A DNA stretch of 63,967 nucleotides, filler included, from Bonamia ostreae (GCA_040357525.1; 10 parts of 10 records of this genome joined end to end with filler, not necessarily neighbours in it); one strand, 5' to 3'; shown: positions 1 through 13,035, counted from the first letter of the whole stretch. Numbers and translations are program-made. The notes: generated from the letters alone by a model not told the origin.

Positions 1-16
1 TGCAAATTTGTAATAT

Positions 17-1837
17 TTGTTAATCAAAAAGTTGATCGTTAAAAAAAATCAAAATGGCGTAAAACATTCGATCATAAACGCCTTAAAATTCGGCGATATC
101 GCCTTAAAACTGAACTACAACGAACTCAAAATTATCAAAGAATTCGGACAATCGTGGTCGCCGTCTAAAAATCAAATCAATAATCCAAAAAATCCCGAAA
201 ATTCAAATTTTGACAATTCCATTCCTTCTTTCCCAAACTTGGACAAAAATCTGCAAACTTTATTCGGATTTCCTCCATTTTTGGCTCCGAAAAAAATTGA
301 CGTTTTCATTCCAAATTTTTGATCAATTTTAGCCAATGATCGACAAACCGATATTCGCTTCAAACATTTCAATAAATTCACTTCTTGTTTACGTCATCCC
401 AAATAAAGATCTTTCACAAAATTCACAATTTCAAACTAAAGTGGATGAAAGCTTAAGGACATTATCTAATATATCGAGCGAAAAAACCGAAAATTTTGAT
501 TTTGATTTTAAAATTTTTATCGACGAAGTGCATTTTGGCGTTTTGAATGTCAACAATCATTCTGTTTTGCCAATTTGTTTTTTTTGTAATTTTGAAAATT
601 TTAGCAAAAGAAGAAAAGTTTGGAAAGTTTAAAGAAAAAAAGACTTCTTTGAGCGCAAAAGACATTTTTGTTTTTATTGCGGAAAACGAATTGGAAACTA
701 AAAATTCTGATTTGGTCAAAATTAAATGCATTTTTAGTACTCTTCAAAATAATCGTTTTTATGAAAATTTTTTGGAAAATTTATAAAGAACAAAGTTTGG
801 AGAATCAAGAAAATTGCGGAAATTCGGACATTTCACTTGAAAAACCGCTATTTTTCTGGAACAAAGAAAATGCAAATTTTCTAAATTTGAAAATTTTTAA
901 AAGAACTCCATTGTTACAACCTTCAACAAAATCGGTTAAAGACAATGTTTTTGGAGACCTAAAAATAAAAAAAATGTCAATTTGTTTTGATATTTTGGAC
1001 GTTGTTGAACGTTTTAAAATGTTATCGGGAAACAAATTTAACTACAGAAAAATGAAAAATTTTATAGTTTATTTCAAAAATGGCGATTTGGAAGAAAAAT
1101 TTTCTTCAAAAGAAAATGAATTTGTTTTCAGATTTTTATTGGAAGATTTGGAATTTGTTGTTTACAATAAGATGGTTTTTAAAACTCAAATTTGTAATTT
1201 TGTCAAAAAATTGAAATTCAAATTTTGACTTTTAAAATGTTTTGTCAAAAAAATTTTTGTAATTTAAAGAAAAAATTTGCCGAAATTCAATTAAATAACT
1301 TAAAATTCTCAAACCAAAAAAACTTGCTGATTTCCTCAAGAAACAGGAAATTGATCACACCATTTCTAAATTTAGACAAATTTGGCCAAATCTCAAGAGA
1401 ACTAAATTTCGACCAAATTAAATTATCATTTAAACAAAATTGTCTAAAATTGTCAAAAACGGTTTTTGGTCATTACAGCGACGAGGAAAATTTAGTTTTA
1501 GCTTTTTTCAACGAAAATTTTGATGTAAAAATGGCGGAATGTTTTAGTGCCGATGATTCGGTTGTTTTCATGTTTTTTCGAAAATTTTTCTAGGAAAGAA
1601 AAGATGGAAAAACTAAACTTTACACCGGAAAAAATATTGGAAACCTTCAAAGAAAGTGATTATGTCAAAAACGGAATTGAAAATCTGATTCGTTTTTTAA
1701 ACGAAAAAGAAAATTGGAATTTGGGAAAATTTACAAATTTGTTAAAATTTGGTCAAAACGCTTTTTCTGAGAAAATTTTAAAATTCTTTAAACAAAATTT
1801 TGTTTTTACTAAAAATTTATTAAAAAATAATATTTAA
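17..1837 (+). CDS. multi-exon hypothetical protein (5'-partial; may continue into 2170-2586)
   Basis: Chain of plus-strand ORFs joined by plausible short GT-AG introns (e.g. GAC|GTTTTC...TTTTAG|CCA ATG ATC near 312-342); no family recognised. Confidence 0.4.
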
Positions 1838-2169
1838 AAATTTTAAACGACAAAATTTATTAAAAAATAAATGAAAAAATTAATATTTCAAAAATTTTAA
1901 ACTAAAAAAAAATAAAAAAAAAGAAACAGATTTCAGAAAATGTAAATTTGACAAAACCAAAAATTTTGTCCAAAAACAAACAATTTTTAATTTTTGAAAA
2001 CAAAAATTTGGCCGTACAAACAAAACTCGGCAAATTGAACGGTTGTTTTCGATCCGAAAACAACTTGATTTTTTATGATCGATCGAACGACTATTCCCGA
2101 TTCCGCTGTTCTTCAAACGTTTTGTAAAAATTTTTGATTTCAAAATTTGAACTTTAAATCTAAAAGAAA

Positions 2170-2586
2170 ATGAACTTAAAAACTCCAAAATCAAATTTTG
2201 AAAAACAATTTTTTCTTTTAAAAATGAACAAAAATGGAGAAAATTTTGAAAACAATTTTGATCTTTCCTTTTCATATCAACCGGATTCGTTTCTTCACTC
2301 GATCAATCTTCTTAAAGAACAAATTCAAATTCAATCAAATTTTGTTTCAGATAAAAATAAACCGGCCAAATTTGACGAGAAAGCTTTAAAAACGGCCGAA
2401 GAAAAAGTCTTTGGACAAGAGATCGAAAGTGTTTTGGAATTGGAAAGAAAAATAAACGAATTGAAAGAGCAAATTTTGATGAAAGATATTGTCATTAAAA
2501 ATTACGAGCGACAGCTGGAAAATGCATTTGAAGAATTGAATAATAATATTCGCAATAAAAATAATAATTCTTTTAACATTTTTTGA
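2170..2586 (+). CDS. coiled-coil hypothetical protein or terminal exon
   Basis: ORF with heptad-like LERKINELKEQILMKDIVIKNYERQLENAFEEL. Confidence 0.45.
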   Translation: MNLKTPKSNFEKQFFLLKMNKNGENFENNFDLSFSYQPDSFLHSINLLKEQIQIQSNFVSDKNKPAKFDEKALKTAEEKVFGQEIESVLELERKINELKEQILMKDIVIKNYERQLENAFEELNNNIRNKNNNSFNIF

Positions 2587-3626
2587 AAAATCGTTCATGT
2601 TTTATAAAAAAGTTCAATTCCTTTTCGACTGTCTGTAAAATCTGATTTGATTTTTGAAAAACATTTTCAAATTTTTGAGGAAAAAGTTTTTCTTCTTTTT
2701 GATTTTCGCTAAACTTTAATATTTTGAAGTTTCTCTCGATTTCTTTTATTTTTTCGATCAAAATTTTAAAATTTTGTTATCGCAAAATTTATAAAAACGG
2801 TGAAACATTTGATCTCGCGTCAAAAATCTGTTAAAAACATCCAATTTTTCCAAATCGCTCATATTCTCTAACAAATCACAAGCGTTTTTGTTTATTTTGA
2901 CAATTTTTTCTTTTTCTAAAATTTCAATTCGATTTTTTTCGTTTTCCAGCTTTAAATTTAACCTAATTTTTGTTTTTTTGTTTTTCTTTTCAAATTTTTC
3001 TAATATTTTCTTTTTCTTTATAAGAAATTTAGAAAAATTAAATTTAAAGAATACCAAAATTTTGATACGATTAAAACAAAAATCGTTTGTAAAATCTTCG
3101 CTTGAAATTTCACCAAATGGTTCAAATTTTACTCCAAAATCAAATTTTTCAATTTGTTTGTTTAAAGATAACGAATCTGATAATATCTTATCGACCATTA
3201 ACGCAAAATTTTCGGTCAAATTTGTTATTTCTTTTTCAAGCAATTTTGATTTTACACAAAGTTTAAAAATTATTTTTAAGTTTTGATAAAAATATTTTGC
3301 CAAATCTTGTCTTGTTTCTTCTTTATAATTCTTTTTCTTTGCAAAATTTAAATTTAACAAACGATAAAAATTTCCAATTTATCCAAAATATCTCCAATTT
3401 TCTCAACAAATTGGAAGCGTGTCATTAAAAAATTTCTATTTGCTAAAAATTGCTCGAAAATGGATCGAGTCAAAATATTTTTTTCCTTCAAAAATCTGCT
3501 CGCAAAAATTTTGCTTTGCTCATCAACATTTTTCTGTATCGAATAAAGAACGTATTCACTTCGCCTAAGTTTCTCCTGTTTGCTTAAATGATTTTTATTG
3601 ATTAAAGATGAATAAAAGAGGCCCAT
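2573..3626 (-). CDS. multi-exon hypothetical helical/coiled-coil protein
   Basis: Three abutting minus-strand ORFs (3354-3626, 2758-3360, 2573-2761) with K/E-rich helical composition. Confidence 0.4.
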
Positions 3627-4380
3627 TGTCTCAGAGCTGTTAGCTTTTTGTTTCGGGACTTAGATGATGAATATCTGTTTATTTTTGATTGAAAGGATTG
3701 ATCTATCCTATTCAAGCAAATTTTATGTTAACGTCGTCAATATTCCTTTTCGAGGATTCGTCGATCGATAAAATTTTCCATTTTGTAAATTGAAATAAGA
3801 TTTTACATAAAAAATCAACATTTAGGCGAAATTTGCGCATGTTGGTAACAAATAAACAAAACCAAAAATGTTGAAAATTTTGAAAAAAAGAGAATAATGT
3901 ACACAATTTACATTTGCTTTCAATAAAATACACCATTCTAAAAAAATTAAAATTTTACAAATATGCCATTAAAATTTTAACAATCAAAATATTTTGACCG
4001 GGTATTGTAAAAGTGACTTTCTCTCTCCTAGATACTTTTTAGAACAATAAAACCTTTTTCTTTATTCAAATCTTATATTTCGACGGGAAATATAAATTTT
4101 TTTACAAACCAAAAAGTACTTTTTATAAAAATCGATAAAAATTTCTTTTCGAAACAAAAAGCATTTTATATATTACATATTGATGCAAGTTGGAAAATAA
4201 AGATGTCCCAACATAAAAATTTTTTTTATATATTATTCAAATGCTACGACACATTTGATGTCAAAATTTTATCTCTTTTCATACCTTGTGACCACCTGAA
4301 ATTGCAAAAAAACTTTTGAATTTTAGTCATAAAATAAAAGCAAAAATTGCAAAAACGAAAACTTTTTTATTTGTTATAAA

Positions 4381-5252
4381 TTCAAATCAAATAACGCAAA
4401 GTGTTTTTGATTTGAAAGAAAAATAAACGAATTTGAAAGAGCAAATTTTGATGAAAGATATTGTCATTAAAAATTACGAGCGACAGCTGGAAAATGCATT
4501 TGAAGAATTGAATAATAATATTCGCAATGAAAATGATAATTCTTTTAACATTTTTTGTGTATCGAATAAAGAACGTTTTTGTAAATTAAAATAAGATAAA
4601 TCAATATTTAGGCGAAATTTGCGCATGTTGGTAACAAATAAACAGAACGAAAAATTTTGAAAAAAAAGAATAATGTACACAATTTACATTAGTATTCAAT
4701 TAGAACTACACCATTCTAAAAAAATTAAAATTTTACAATTTTGCCATTAAATCTAGACAATTAAAATATTTTCACCTTGTTTTCTATAAGTGGCTGTCTA
4801 TCTCCTTTATCTTTTTTAATTAAGGAAATATCGATGAATTAAATTTTTTTCAAAACAATAAAACCTTTCTTTCCATTATTTTGATTTAACTGAATTGTCT
4901 TATTTATATTCGTTTATATTTCAGATAAAATTCAAATGATTTGAAATAAAAATATTTTAAAGTTTTTGGAAAGAAATTAAATTTAGTAGATTTAAAACTT
5001 CTTTCTTTTTAGATGCGGTATCTGAGATTTTTTAAAAATTAAAAACTATAGCAACAGTAGCAAATACAAAGACCAACAATAATCAATGTTATAAATACTG
5101 AACCCACAATTATTTCCTTCATTTTTTATTTAACTGGATATAATATAGAATTAGAATTTAAACCATTATTATTAGTTTTTTACTTTATCAAATCTCTTAT
5201 TTCGTCGGGAAGATAAAAATTTTTTCAAACCAAAAAGTACTTTTTATAAAAA
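4381..5252 (+). repeat. decayed, internally deleted tandem duplicate of ~2330-4130
   Basis: 4420-4556 matches 2450-2585, 4558-4576 matches 3535-3553, 4577-4775 matches 3781-4000, 5190-5252 matches 4068-4130; all collinear. Confidence 0.85.
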
Positions 5253-5266
5253 GAGATTAACCAAAA

Positions 5267-6115
5267 CTATTTAGTCATATCTTCCAAATCCGTCTTCAAA
5301 TTGAAATAATCCGACTTCACATTCTCGATTCCGAAAACTTGTTTTGAATACAAAACTAATCGATATCTGGACACAACTTCGTTGCAATCTAGATCTTTTC
5401 CTTCGTACGGCTTTGTCGAAATCACTTCGAAATTTAATGCCCCTTTCGAAGGATAAGCTTCTTTTATTATCACTGTGGCAGTTCCTTCTTTGAAATTCTT
5501 TCTGTAATCTTTCTGGAAAAAATTAATCTTTTCGAATTCAAAATTGGTTGAATTGACTTTTATCACATCGCATTTCGTTCGGAAAGGACCTTCTTTTTCT
5601 AATTTTTTCTGGATATTTTTCAGTATTATAAAATTGTTTCTGCTGGTTTGCAATCGTTTCGACACTTAAAATTTGCAATAATTGAAAATTTGAAAAATCG
5701 CATTAAATTTTTGCAATAATAGAAAATATTTTGTTGTAAATTGATAAAACTTTGAAACGATTCGACTGCAGCATTTCCCAAAAACGTCATAAATTCCTTT
5801 GAAATCGGAGGTCGCTGCTCCAAAATGGCAGATCTGATCTGATAATGTGCCAGCAAATCCATAATTCTTCTAATCGGCGATGTCACTTGAACGTATTCCG
5901 ACAAAGCCATTGGAGAATGGGCTTTTTCTGACTTCAAATGTGGTTTTGAATTTATCTTTGCACATTCGAGTGATCTCAACAAAGAAATCCGCGATATTCT
6001 GATATTTTGCAGTCGTTCTTTGAAGTCGTTGATCGGAAGAACGCGATAAGGCGCAGGAACGTTCTGTTTTGTGAGGAAGAGAGAGCCGACATGGCCGGTA
6101 ATGCACATCAGTTCT
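5267..6115 (-). CDS. RNase II/RNB-family exoribonuclease, C-terminal part (5' cut by contig end)
   Basis: HSPMALSEYVQVTSPIRRIMDLLAHYQIR matches RNB motif IV (H..LGL..Y...TSPIRRY.DL..H.Q); short intron near 5664-5700. Confidence 0.8.
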
Positions 6116-6477
6116 CTGATTACTACTAAAGCAATCGAGTTTAGGTAGTTTGGAAATAAATCTGTTCAAATTTTTATTGTTATGACCAAATTTCGCAATT
6201 TACAATTTGCTAAAAATCAATTAACAAAAGTTAAAATTTAAAACATTTAATAAATAACGCAATTATAAAAATTTGACAAACATAACGGAAAATACAATAA
6301 ACTTATTAATCTACATAAAAATAATATTGTCCAATTATATAAACAAAAAATAAAGATAAAATAAATTTAAACAAAAATTTAAAATAAATCAAAAAATAAA
6401 AATACATAAACAATATACAAATCAATATCTTAATATTACAACAAACAAAAAAATATCCTATAATATTAAAATATATT

Positions 6478-6577
6478 NNNNNNNNNNNNNNNNNNNNNNN
6501 NNNNNNNNNNNNNNNNNNNNNTTAATTAATTAANNNNNNNNNNNNNNNNNNNNNNNNNNNNNNNNNNNNNNNNNNNN
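6478..6577. other. artificial contig linker (N44-TTAATTAATTAA-N44); same linker at about 13036, 19591, 26119, 32645, 39166, 45671, 52137, 58575
   Basis: Identical six-frame-stop spacer between N runs; intervening segments shrink monotonically from ~6.46 to ~6.34 kb, as expected for size-sorted contigs. Confidence 0.97.
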
Positions 6578-7087
6578 TGCTATAATCCAAAATCTGCGAA
6601 CCCAATTTATTTTTGTCCATGAGCGCTGGATGATCAATTTCAATTGGCTTTTGTTGTTGAATGGGGTCCAATTCACTTTGCGGTTTCACAAAAGCGGAAA
6701 TGCTGATCCCCAAAAATAATTTTTTGAAATAAAAGAGAAATATCTGTGCGGATCTGTAGATGTTTGGTTTCACCAGCAATTCACATGCTCTTTGGACTGT
6801 GAATGGAGGTCTTTTTTGAAAACAAGTAACATAAATTTTCTTGTTACCGTTTCACTAATAAAAAACTCTTCACAGTCCAACAAAATTTTTTTAATGTAAA
6901 TAAGCGAATTTGCTTCGGAAATGTCTTTGTTTATCGCTTTTTTGTAAAATGATTTCGTGGTCTCATCCAATTTTAAGCTTATTTGGCTTCTCAGTTGCTT
7001 CCAATTTCTGTAACTTTAATCTTTATCAAACGTGACAATGCCGTTTTCAGCGCAGCTTCTTAATTGGGAAAAATCTGCAGTAGACAT
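6578..7087 (-). CDS. PPP4R2: protein phosphatase 4 regulatory subunit 2 (3'-partial)
   Basis: Spliced CAENGIVTYRNWKQLRSQISLKL...PPFTVQRACELLVKP matches PP4R2 PFTIQRLCELL; 18-nt intron 7014-7031 removes an in-frame TAA. Confidence 0.8.
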
Positions 7088-7810
7088 TTTTTACAAAATT
7101 TTAAGCTTAATCTATATAAAAATTTTTATCTAAGAAAAGAAAAATCGATCTGATAAAGGAAAGTTTAGAGTGGTTTCAAAACATGAATTGCGAAGAATCT
7201 GAAAAGAAGTTTGCAATAAGAAAGATTTTAATTTTTTAAAATTTGCAAATTTTAAAAAAGAATGGCCAAACAGAATATTTTAATGTTTTGTTTAAATTTG
7301 TTTACAAATTATGTTTTGTTTTATTGCAAAAATTTTAATGGCTGAAAAAAATTTTTGGAAAATTTATAAAAAATGTAACAAATAAAAATTGCAAAATAAT
7401 TTGGGACGGGACTTTAATTTTATCTCTTTTGTCGTCTTCAATCTGTAGCAATTTTAAATTTGATTGCTGAGTAACCTTTGCGGTATCTTTATTTCTGTTA
7501 TAGTGTCGTAAATACATTTTTCCTGCGCTGCCATCTAATTTTTTTTATATAAAAACGTCGATCTAATTTTTTACACGCAAAATGAATATTGTTGAGATAA
7601 TTTTATATGTACATAAACAGTACCAAATTGTAAGTTTTTAATGGAAACGAAGATAACATCGAAACTACGGAAACGAAGAGCGAGATAAATAATTTGCCTT
7701 TAAATATAAAAGATGGGACGTTTTCTTTCTTATTGAGAATATGAAAAGATGATCAACGAATATTTATCTTAGTCTCCAAAATAGAAATATTAGAATTATA
7801 TTTTTATCAT

Positions 7811-8572
7811 TTATGACAACAACAAAATGATAAAAATTCCGATTACCGGAAAGATTGCATTTTTGGCCGCAAAGTCGTCTTGAACAGTCCCCGTCACTAT
7901 TTTTTCAGCAAATTCGCCGAGAGTGTTTGTAATATCCTCAATATCTGGATCATCGTCATCATCATCATCATCTGTTGGCAGAAAAGAGTTAAAAAAATTT
8001 GTAACCGAACCTATAAAACTATAAGCTGTAGATGTGTTGGCTTCATCTAATTCACCGTTCTTATGATAACCAATTGATGAACTTCCTCCAGTTTGTGATG
8101 ACATTTCTCTTGGTGCTAACGGTTCTCTTTCTGCTACAGGTTCTCTTTGTGCTACCGGTTGTTCTCTTTCTGCTACAGGTTCTCTTTCTACTACCTGTTG
8201 TTCTCTTTGTGGTACGGATTGTCTTTCTGCTACAGGTTCTCTTTCTACTACCGGTTGTACTCTTTCTACTACCTGTTGTTCTCTTTGTGGTACGGATTCT
8301 CTTTGTACTACCTGTTGTTCTCTTTGTGGTACGGGTTGTCTTTCTGCTACAGGTTCTCTTTCTACTACCGGTTCTCTTTCTGCTACAGGTTCTCTTTGTA
8401 CTACCTGTTGTTCTCTTTGTGGTACGGATTCTCTTTGTGCGACTGGTTGATTTATTATTGCTACCGGTTCACTTTCTACTACTGGTTGTTCTTTTTGCGC
8501 TATCGGTTTAATTTCTGGAGCATTGCCAAAAATGACACCAAAATGGAGCAAAATTAATATTGATATTGGCAT
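7811..8572 (-). CDS. repeat-rich secreted, possibly GPI-anchored, surface protein
   Basis: N-terminal hydrophobic MPISILILLHFGVIFG; (E/Q)REPV(A/V) and QREQQVV repeats; poly-Asp; C-terminal hydrophobic AIFPVIGIFIILLLS; intronless. Confidence 0.75.
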   Translation of the reverse strand: MPISILILLHFGVIFGNAPEIKPIAQKEQPVVESEPVAIINQPVAQRESVPQREQQVVQREPVAEREPVVEREPVAERQPVPQREQQVVQRESVPQREQQVVERVQPVVEREPVAERQSVPQREQQVVEREPVAEREQPVAQREPVAEREPLAPREMSSQTGGSSSIGYHKNGELDEANTSTAYSFIGSVTNFFNSFLPTDDDDDDDDPDIEDITNTLGEFAEKIVTGTVQDDFAAKNAIFPVIGIFIILLLS

Positions 8573-8991
8573 TTCGGCAATTAACGGGTTGTTTAGCAAT
8601 TAATAGCCGTAGAACAGTTCTTTTAGAGCAAAACCGTTTTTTTTTTCGGAAAAGTCTTTTATAGGTGTTTTATGAGCTTCGAGCAACCATTAGTTACTTA
8701 ACAAATTTTTTACTTAATTTATTTGATCTAATTTTGATAACTCGTCGATTTTTGGATCGATGAAGTCTGTTTATCTCGTGTACAAAAACATTCAAATCTT
8801 TGCAGAGAAGAAACCTTTTGTATTGAAACATCAAAACTCGATTGTTATGTACATTACAAGCAAGTGCAAAACTTCTTTAATTATCGAGAAAACGCAAAAT
8901 ATTAACAATAATTAACTTCTTTCGTCAAATTGTAAAACTGTCATATTTTGTAACAAAAAATTTAATTTGCAAAAGATGAACGAAAAAAAAT

Positions 8992-10626
8992 TTATTCCAT
9001 GTCTCCATCGCCCAAAATACAAATTCCCAACGACTCGAAATCGACGTCTAAAACAGAACAATATCCGTCCATCGAAGAAACCATCAACTTTCTGCCATCT
9101 TTAGACCACGCCAAGTCTGTTATCGGCGCATAGTGCAATCTCTCCACTCTTGAAATCTGCTCACAAGCGCTTTCCCAACAACTAAACAAAACCATTTCCG
9201 TCATTGACGATATTGCTAACATTCTTCTTTTGTCCGATTCTATTTTCTGACCGTTTTCGCTCAACTCGAAAGTTCGTTTTCTCTCGTTTTTTTGGTCGGG
9301 CACATGCCAAACAGGACTCCACCGAGCACAATTGGTGACCGAAACGAACCCGCTCAGCAGAAAACGGGGCGCCATCAGATTGTCTCTGCAAAATATGGCC
9401 GCCGAATGTTTGTCGTTTTTGTCAAAGCGACCAGACGAAGTCGCCAAAAATTCGCCTTCCGGAGACCATTCTAATTTCCTGTAAAAGCCATTTTCGACTT
9501 CTTTCGCGAACAATCTTTCGCCTTCAAATTTTTCGAGCACTTTAAATTTTTTGAATTTCGGCTTTTCGCAAGCTCTTCTTTTGGCTTTTCGCACGAAGAA
9601 GCGCAAAGAGCCGTCGTTGCTTAGAGCGACCACGAAGAGGCCCAAAGGATCGACGGCCAGTCCTTGCAAGAAACGGCTGCGAAGCTCCAATCTTTGAATG
9701 GGCTCTCTGGAATCGATGTCCCAAAGTACAAGTTCCGAGAGCAGAGAACCGGAGAAGAGGAATTTGGAATTGGAGCTCCAAGAAAGAGAATAAATTTCGG
9801 CGACGTGTGCTTTTAATTTGTGGTGCAATGTCCATTTTTCGTCTGTTTTGTGCCAGAGAGCGACGATTTTGTCTAATTTTTTGGTTTTGCAATTTTTTGT
9901 TTCATCGAATTGCATAATTTTTTAAAGTTTGTCGAAAATAGAAAATTTTTGTCGTTTTAAATTTTGTCGAAAATAGAAAATTTTTGTCGTTTTAAAGTTT
10001 TGTCGAAAATAGAAAATTTTTGTCGTTTTAAATTTTGTCGAAAATAGAAAATTTTTGTNNNNNNNNNNNNNNNNNNNNNNNNNNNNNNNNNNNNNNNNNN
10101 NNNNNNNNNNNNNNNNNNNNNNNNNNNNNNNNNNNNNNNNNNNNNNNNNNNNNNNNNNTTTGTCGTTTTAAATTTTGTCGAAAATAGAAAATTTTTGTCG
10201 TTTTAAATTTTGCGAAAATAGAAAATTTTTTCGTTTTAAATTTTGCCGAAAATAGAAAATTTTTGTCGTTTTAAATTTTGTCGAAAATAGAAAATTTTTG
10301 TCGTTTTAAATTTTGCCGAAAATTCTTAAATCTCTACAAACTACAAACCGTCTCCCGCGGAAGCAAGATATCTAGAATCTGGAGAGAAGCGAATTATATT
10401 AACTCCTCCGTCATGGGCATTGAGACTACTCAAAAAAGAAAGATTATTGTCAGCCATTATTTTCCATATCTTTTTTTTTTAAATTTCAAACATTTATTTT
10501 TCCGTCCGCTGCCGATGTTGCAAAGTTCTCGTGATCGCAAAAATCGATTGACCAAATAGGCGAATTGACCGGACGAACGCTGTGCGTATCTTGATGCCAT
10601 TTAACAATCAGAGCTTTCGCTTTCAT
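8992..10626 (-). CDS. CHAF1B: chromatin assembly factor 1 subunit B (p60/Cac2), WD40
   Basis: Spliced N-terminus MKAKALIVKWH...PIWSIDF...VNIIRFSPDSRYLASAGD; QGLAVDPLG, FYRKLEWSPEG, LHYAPITDLAWS..G..LMVSSMDGYCS. Confidence 0.9.
9920..10322. repeat. 35-bp minisatellite in CHAF1B intron (contains an assembly gap)
   Basis: Unit GTCGAAAATAGAAAATTTTTGTCGTTTTAAATTTT repeated. Confidence 0.95.
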
Positions 10627-10764
10627 TATTCTCAAAACTTTAGACAACAAAAATTTATTTTACTAGTCTATGATATAATTTTAACTTTTCAAAGCTTTAA
10701 TGTAATGTCTAAAATGTAAATTTTATTTATGAAAAACAAAAATTTTAAAAATATCATGTCTTTT

Positions 10765-13035
10765 TTAATCCTCTTCACTCTCTTCAATATCGTCACTCTC
10801 TTCATCGCTATAACTCTCTTTCGAATAGTTTTCATCGCTCGGATTAAAACTCTAAAAATTGCAAAAATTTTCAAACCTCTCCTTCCAAAGCGCTTTCTTC
10901 TCCGGAAGAGCTTTTGTCTGCGTTTTCCGCATCGTCGAGAAAACGCCATCCGCCCTTTTCCCAGAATTCCTTCAAATCCGAATTGATCTCTTTCAGAATT
11001 TTCTCCCAGTCCAAATTGATGGAACCTGTGAAGTAGATGATATTGGCGTCCCTCAGAAACCGTCTGATTTGCGACAAATGTTTTATTGGAATTGCATCGA
11101 TTCTTTTATAACTTTTCAAGTCTTTCATGATAAAAACGACATCAAAATGTTTTATTTGGAACTTTAATAAAATTTTTTTACAAAAATCAAAAATCAAAAA
11201 ATTATTAAAATTTTGCAAAAACAAAAAAAGCGATTAAAAATTAGAAAACTTGAACTCTTTCGAAATGAGCAATTTCCACATCGCTTAATGGCAGCACAAA
11301 AGGCGGATATTCTTCAATCGAAACGAGACAATTCGCGGTTGGATAAATCTGAGAAGATTGGTCTTAAAAACGTTCACGGTTGATCGATCTGGAACTCCAA
11401 TAAATTTCAATTCTTCACATGGAACGTCGAAAGCTAAATTTATTTTTCAAAAAACTCAATTTTTCAACTCCGCTTTCGACATTTGAACAAATTTTTGTAA
11501 CAGATTTTGCAAAGTGAGCAAAAATTTTGTTAAGCTTTTTCTTGTAAAAACGTTCTCGTTGTTCTTCTCTTATCGCTTCTTGATCTCCTTTCATATTTTT
11601 CTCTTTTTTGTTATTAATATTTTAGCGTTAAAAAATTTTGTTAAAATTTCTTTCGCATTAAAATATTTATTAAAATTTCTTTATCATTAAAATTTTTTTC
11701 GCGTTAAAATATTTTTCGCGTTAAAATTTCTTTGCATTAAAATATTTTTTATTAAAATTTCTTTCGTATTAAAATTTCTTTCGCGTTAAAATTTTTTCAT
11801 ATTGTTTATTAAAATTTCTTTCGCATTAAAATTTTTTCATATTGTTTATTAAAATTTCTTTCGTATTAAAATTTCTTTCGCATTAAAATATTTTTTATTA
11901 AAATTTTTTTCGTATTAAAATTTCTTTCGCTATAAAATTTTTTTCATATTGTTTATTAAAATTTCTTTCACATTAAAATTTTTTTCGTATTAAAATTTCT
12001 TTCGCATTAAAATATTTTGTTGTTTTAACCAATGTTTTGTGAGCTTTCGACGACATCAATATAAAATTGAATATCTTTTGTTTTTCTGGAAAGCAGAAGC
12101 GGTTCTTCCAAATGGAGATGCAGCAAAACAGAAGCAGTGTTCGCAGCTGGTTGAAAGAACGCGTGTTTGACGTTTTTGTACAGAATCTCTAACATTTTTT
12201 GAATTAACCTATTCGCGAAGGCTTCGATTTTGCGGAATTGAGAGAAAAGAGAAAACCGTTTTTGTGCGCTTCGATAAATCCAATCGAACTCCTTTTCCCG
12301 CCCAACGAGGGCCGAATTTTTAAATTGTTTATTTTCGGTACTTTTTCTTGGTTTTTCGTCAAAATAAGAGCTTCGTTGCTATTTAATTGTTTTCCTGTTT
12401 CTGTGACTTTTTTCCGGAGCAGTTTTTTCTTTATCTCTTTTGTTCTTTTGACAACTTTTGTGAATATTAATATTTTTAATTTGATCTTTATCAATTTTAT
12501 CTCAAAAACCTAATTCAAAGTTTTTGTTGCTTTTCGACCGCAAAATAATTTCTTTTACAAATATTTCGCCCTTTAAAATATTCAACAAAACGAAATTATT
12601 CTCCGGAGTTTTGCTGTCTAAGCTTATTTGCAGTAGATTTGTGTTGTCGTCTCTTGACAATTGCATGTTTTTGACGAAATCGACGTGAATGGGATACAGA
12701 GCCCCGGAAATTGGCAACAAAATCGAATCCGAAACACTGTCAGTTTGTATCTTAAATTTTATAAAATTGCTAAAGAAAACTTTAAAATAGTTTGAAACTG
12801 GAGGGAATAACGAGTTGTCCTCATAAGATATTTTCTTCATCGCTTTTTTTGTTATTTTCACAGAAGATGATTTGTTTCTTTCGTTTTTATAAAAACTTTA
12901 AAGCTTCTTCGATTTTTTTGTCCAAAATTTTCTGGCGCTTAACTTTGACCTCGTCGTCTTCGTTTAAACTAAAGATGGTTTCCCGACCTCTTCTTTTAGG
13001 CAATGGCTTGTCTTCCAAAATCGGAATTTTTTCTT
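10765..13035 (-). CDS. SPT16: FACT complex subunit SPT16 (5'-partial)
   Basis: ILLPISGALYPIHV, GFIEAHKNGF, YKNVKHAFFQP, FDVPCEELKFIGVP, NLDWEKILKEI...FWEKGGWRFL, acidic tail. Confidence 0.93.
11620..12015. repeat. degenerate ~17-bp minisatellite filling SPT16 intron 11603-12029
   Basis: ATTAAAATTTCTTTCGC/T variants in tandem. Confidence 0.9.

Noticed and set aside
7335-7534. Possible small spliced ORF (also 35528-35866 and 60445-60675)
   Set aside because: No recognisable motif and frame ambiguous
8032-8557. Hydrophobic plus-strand ORFs of 159 and 136 aa
   Set aside because: Antisense shadows of the repeat protein
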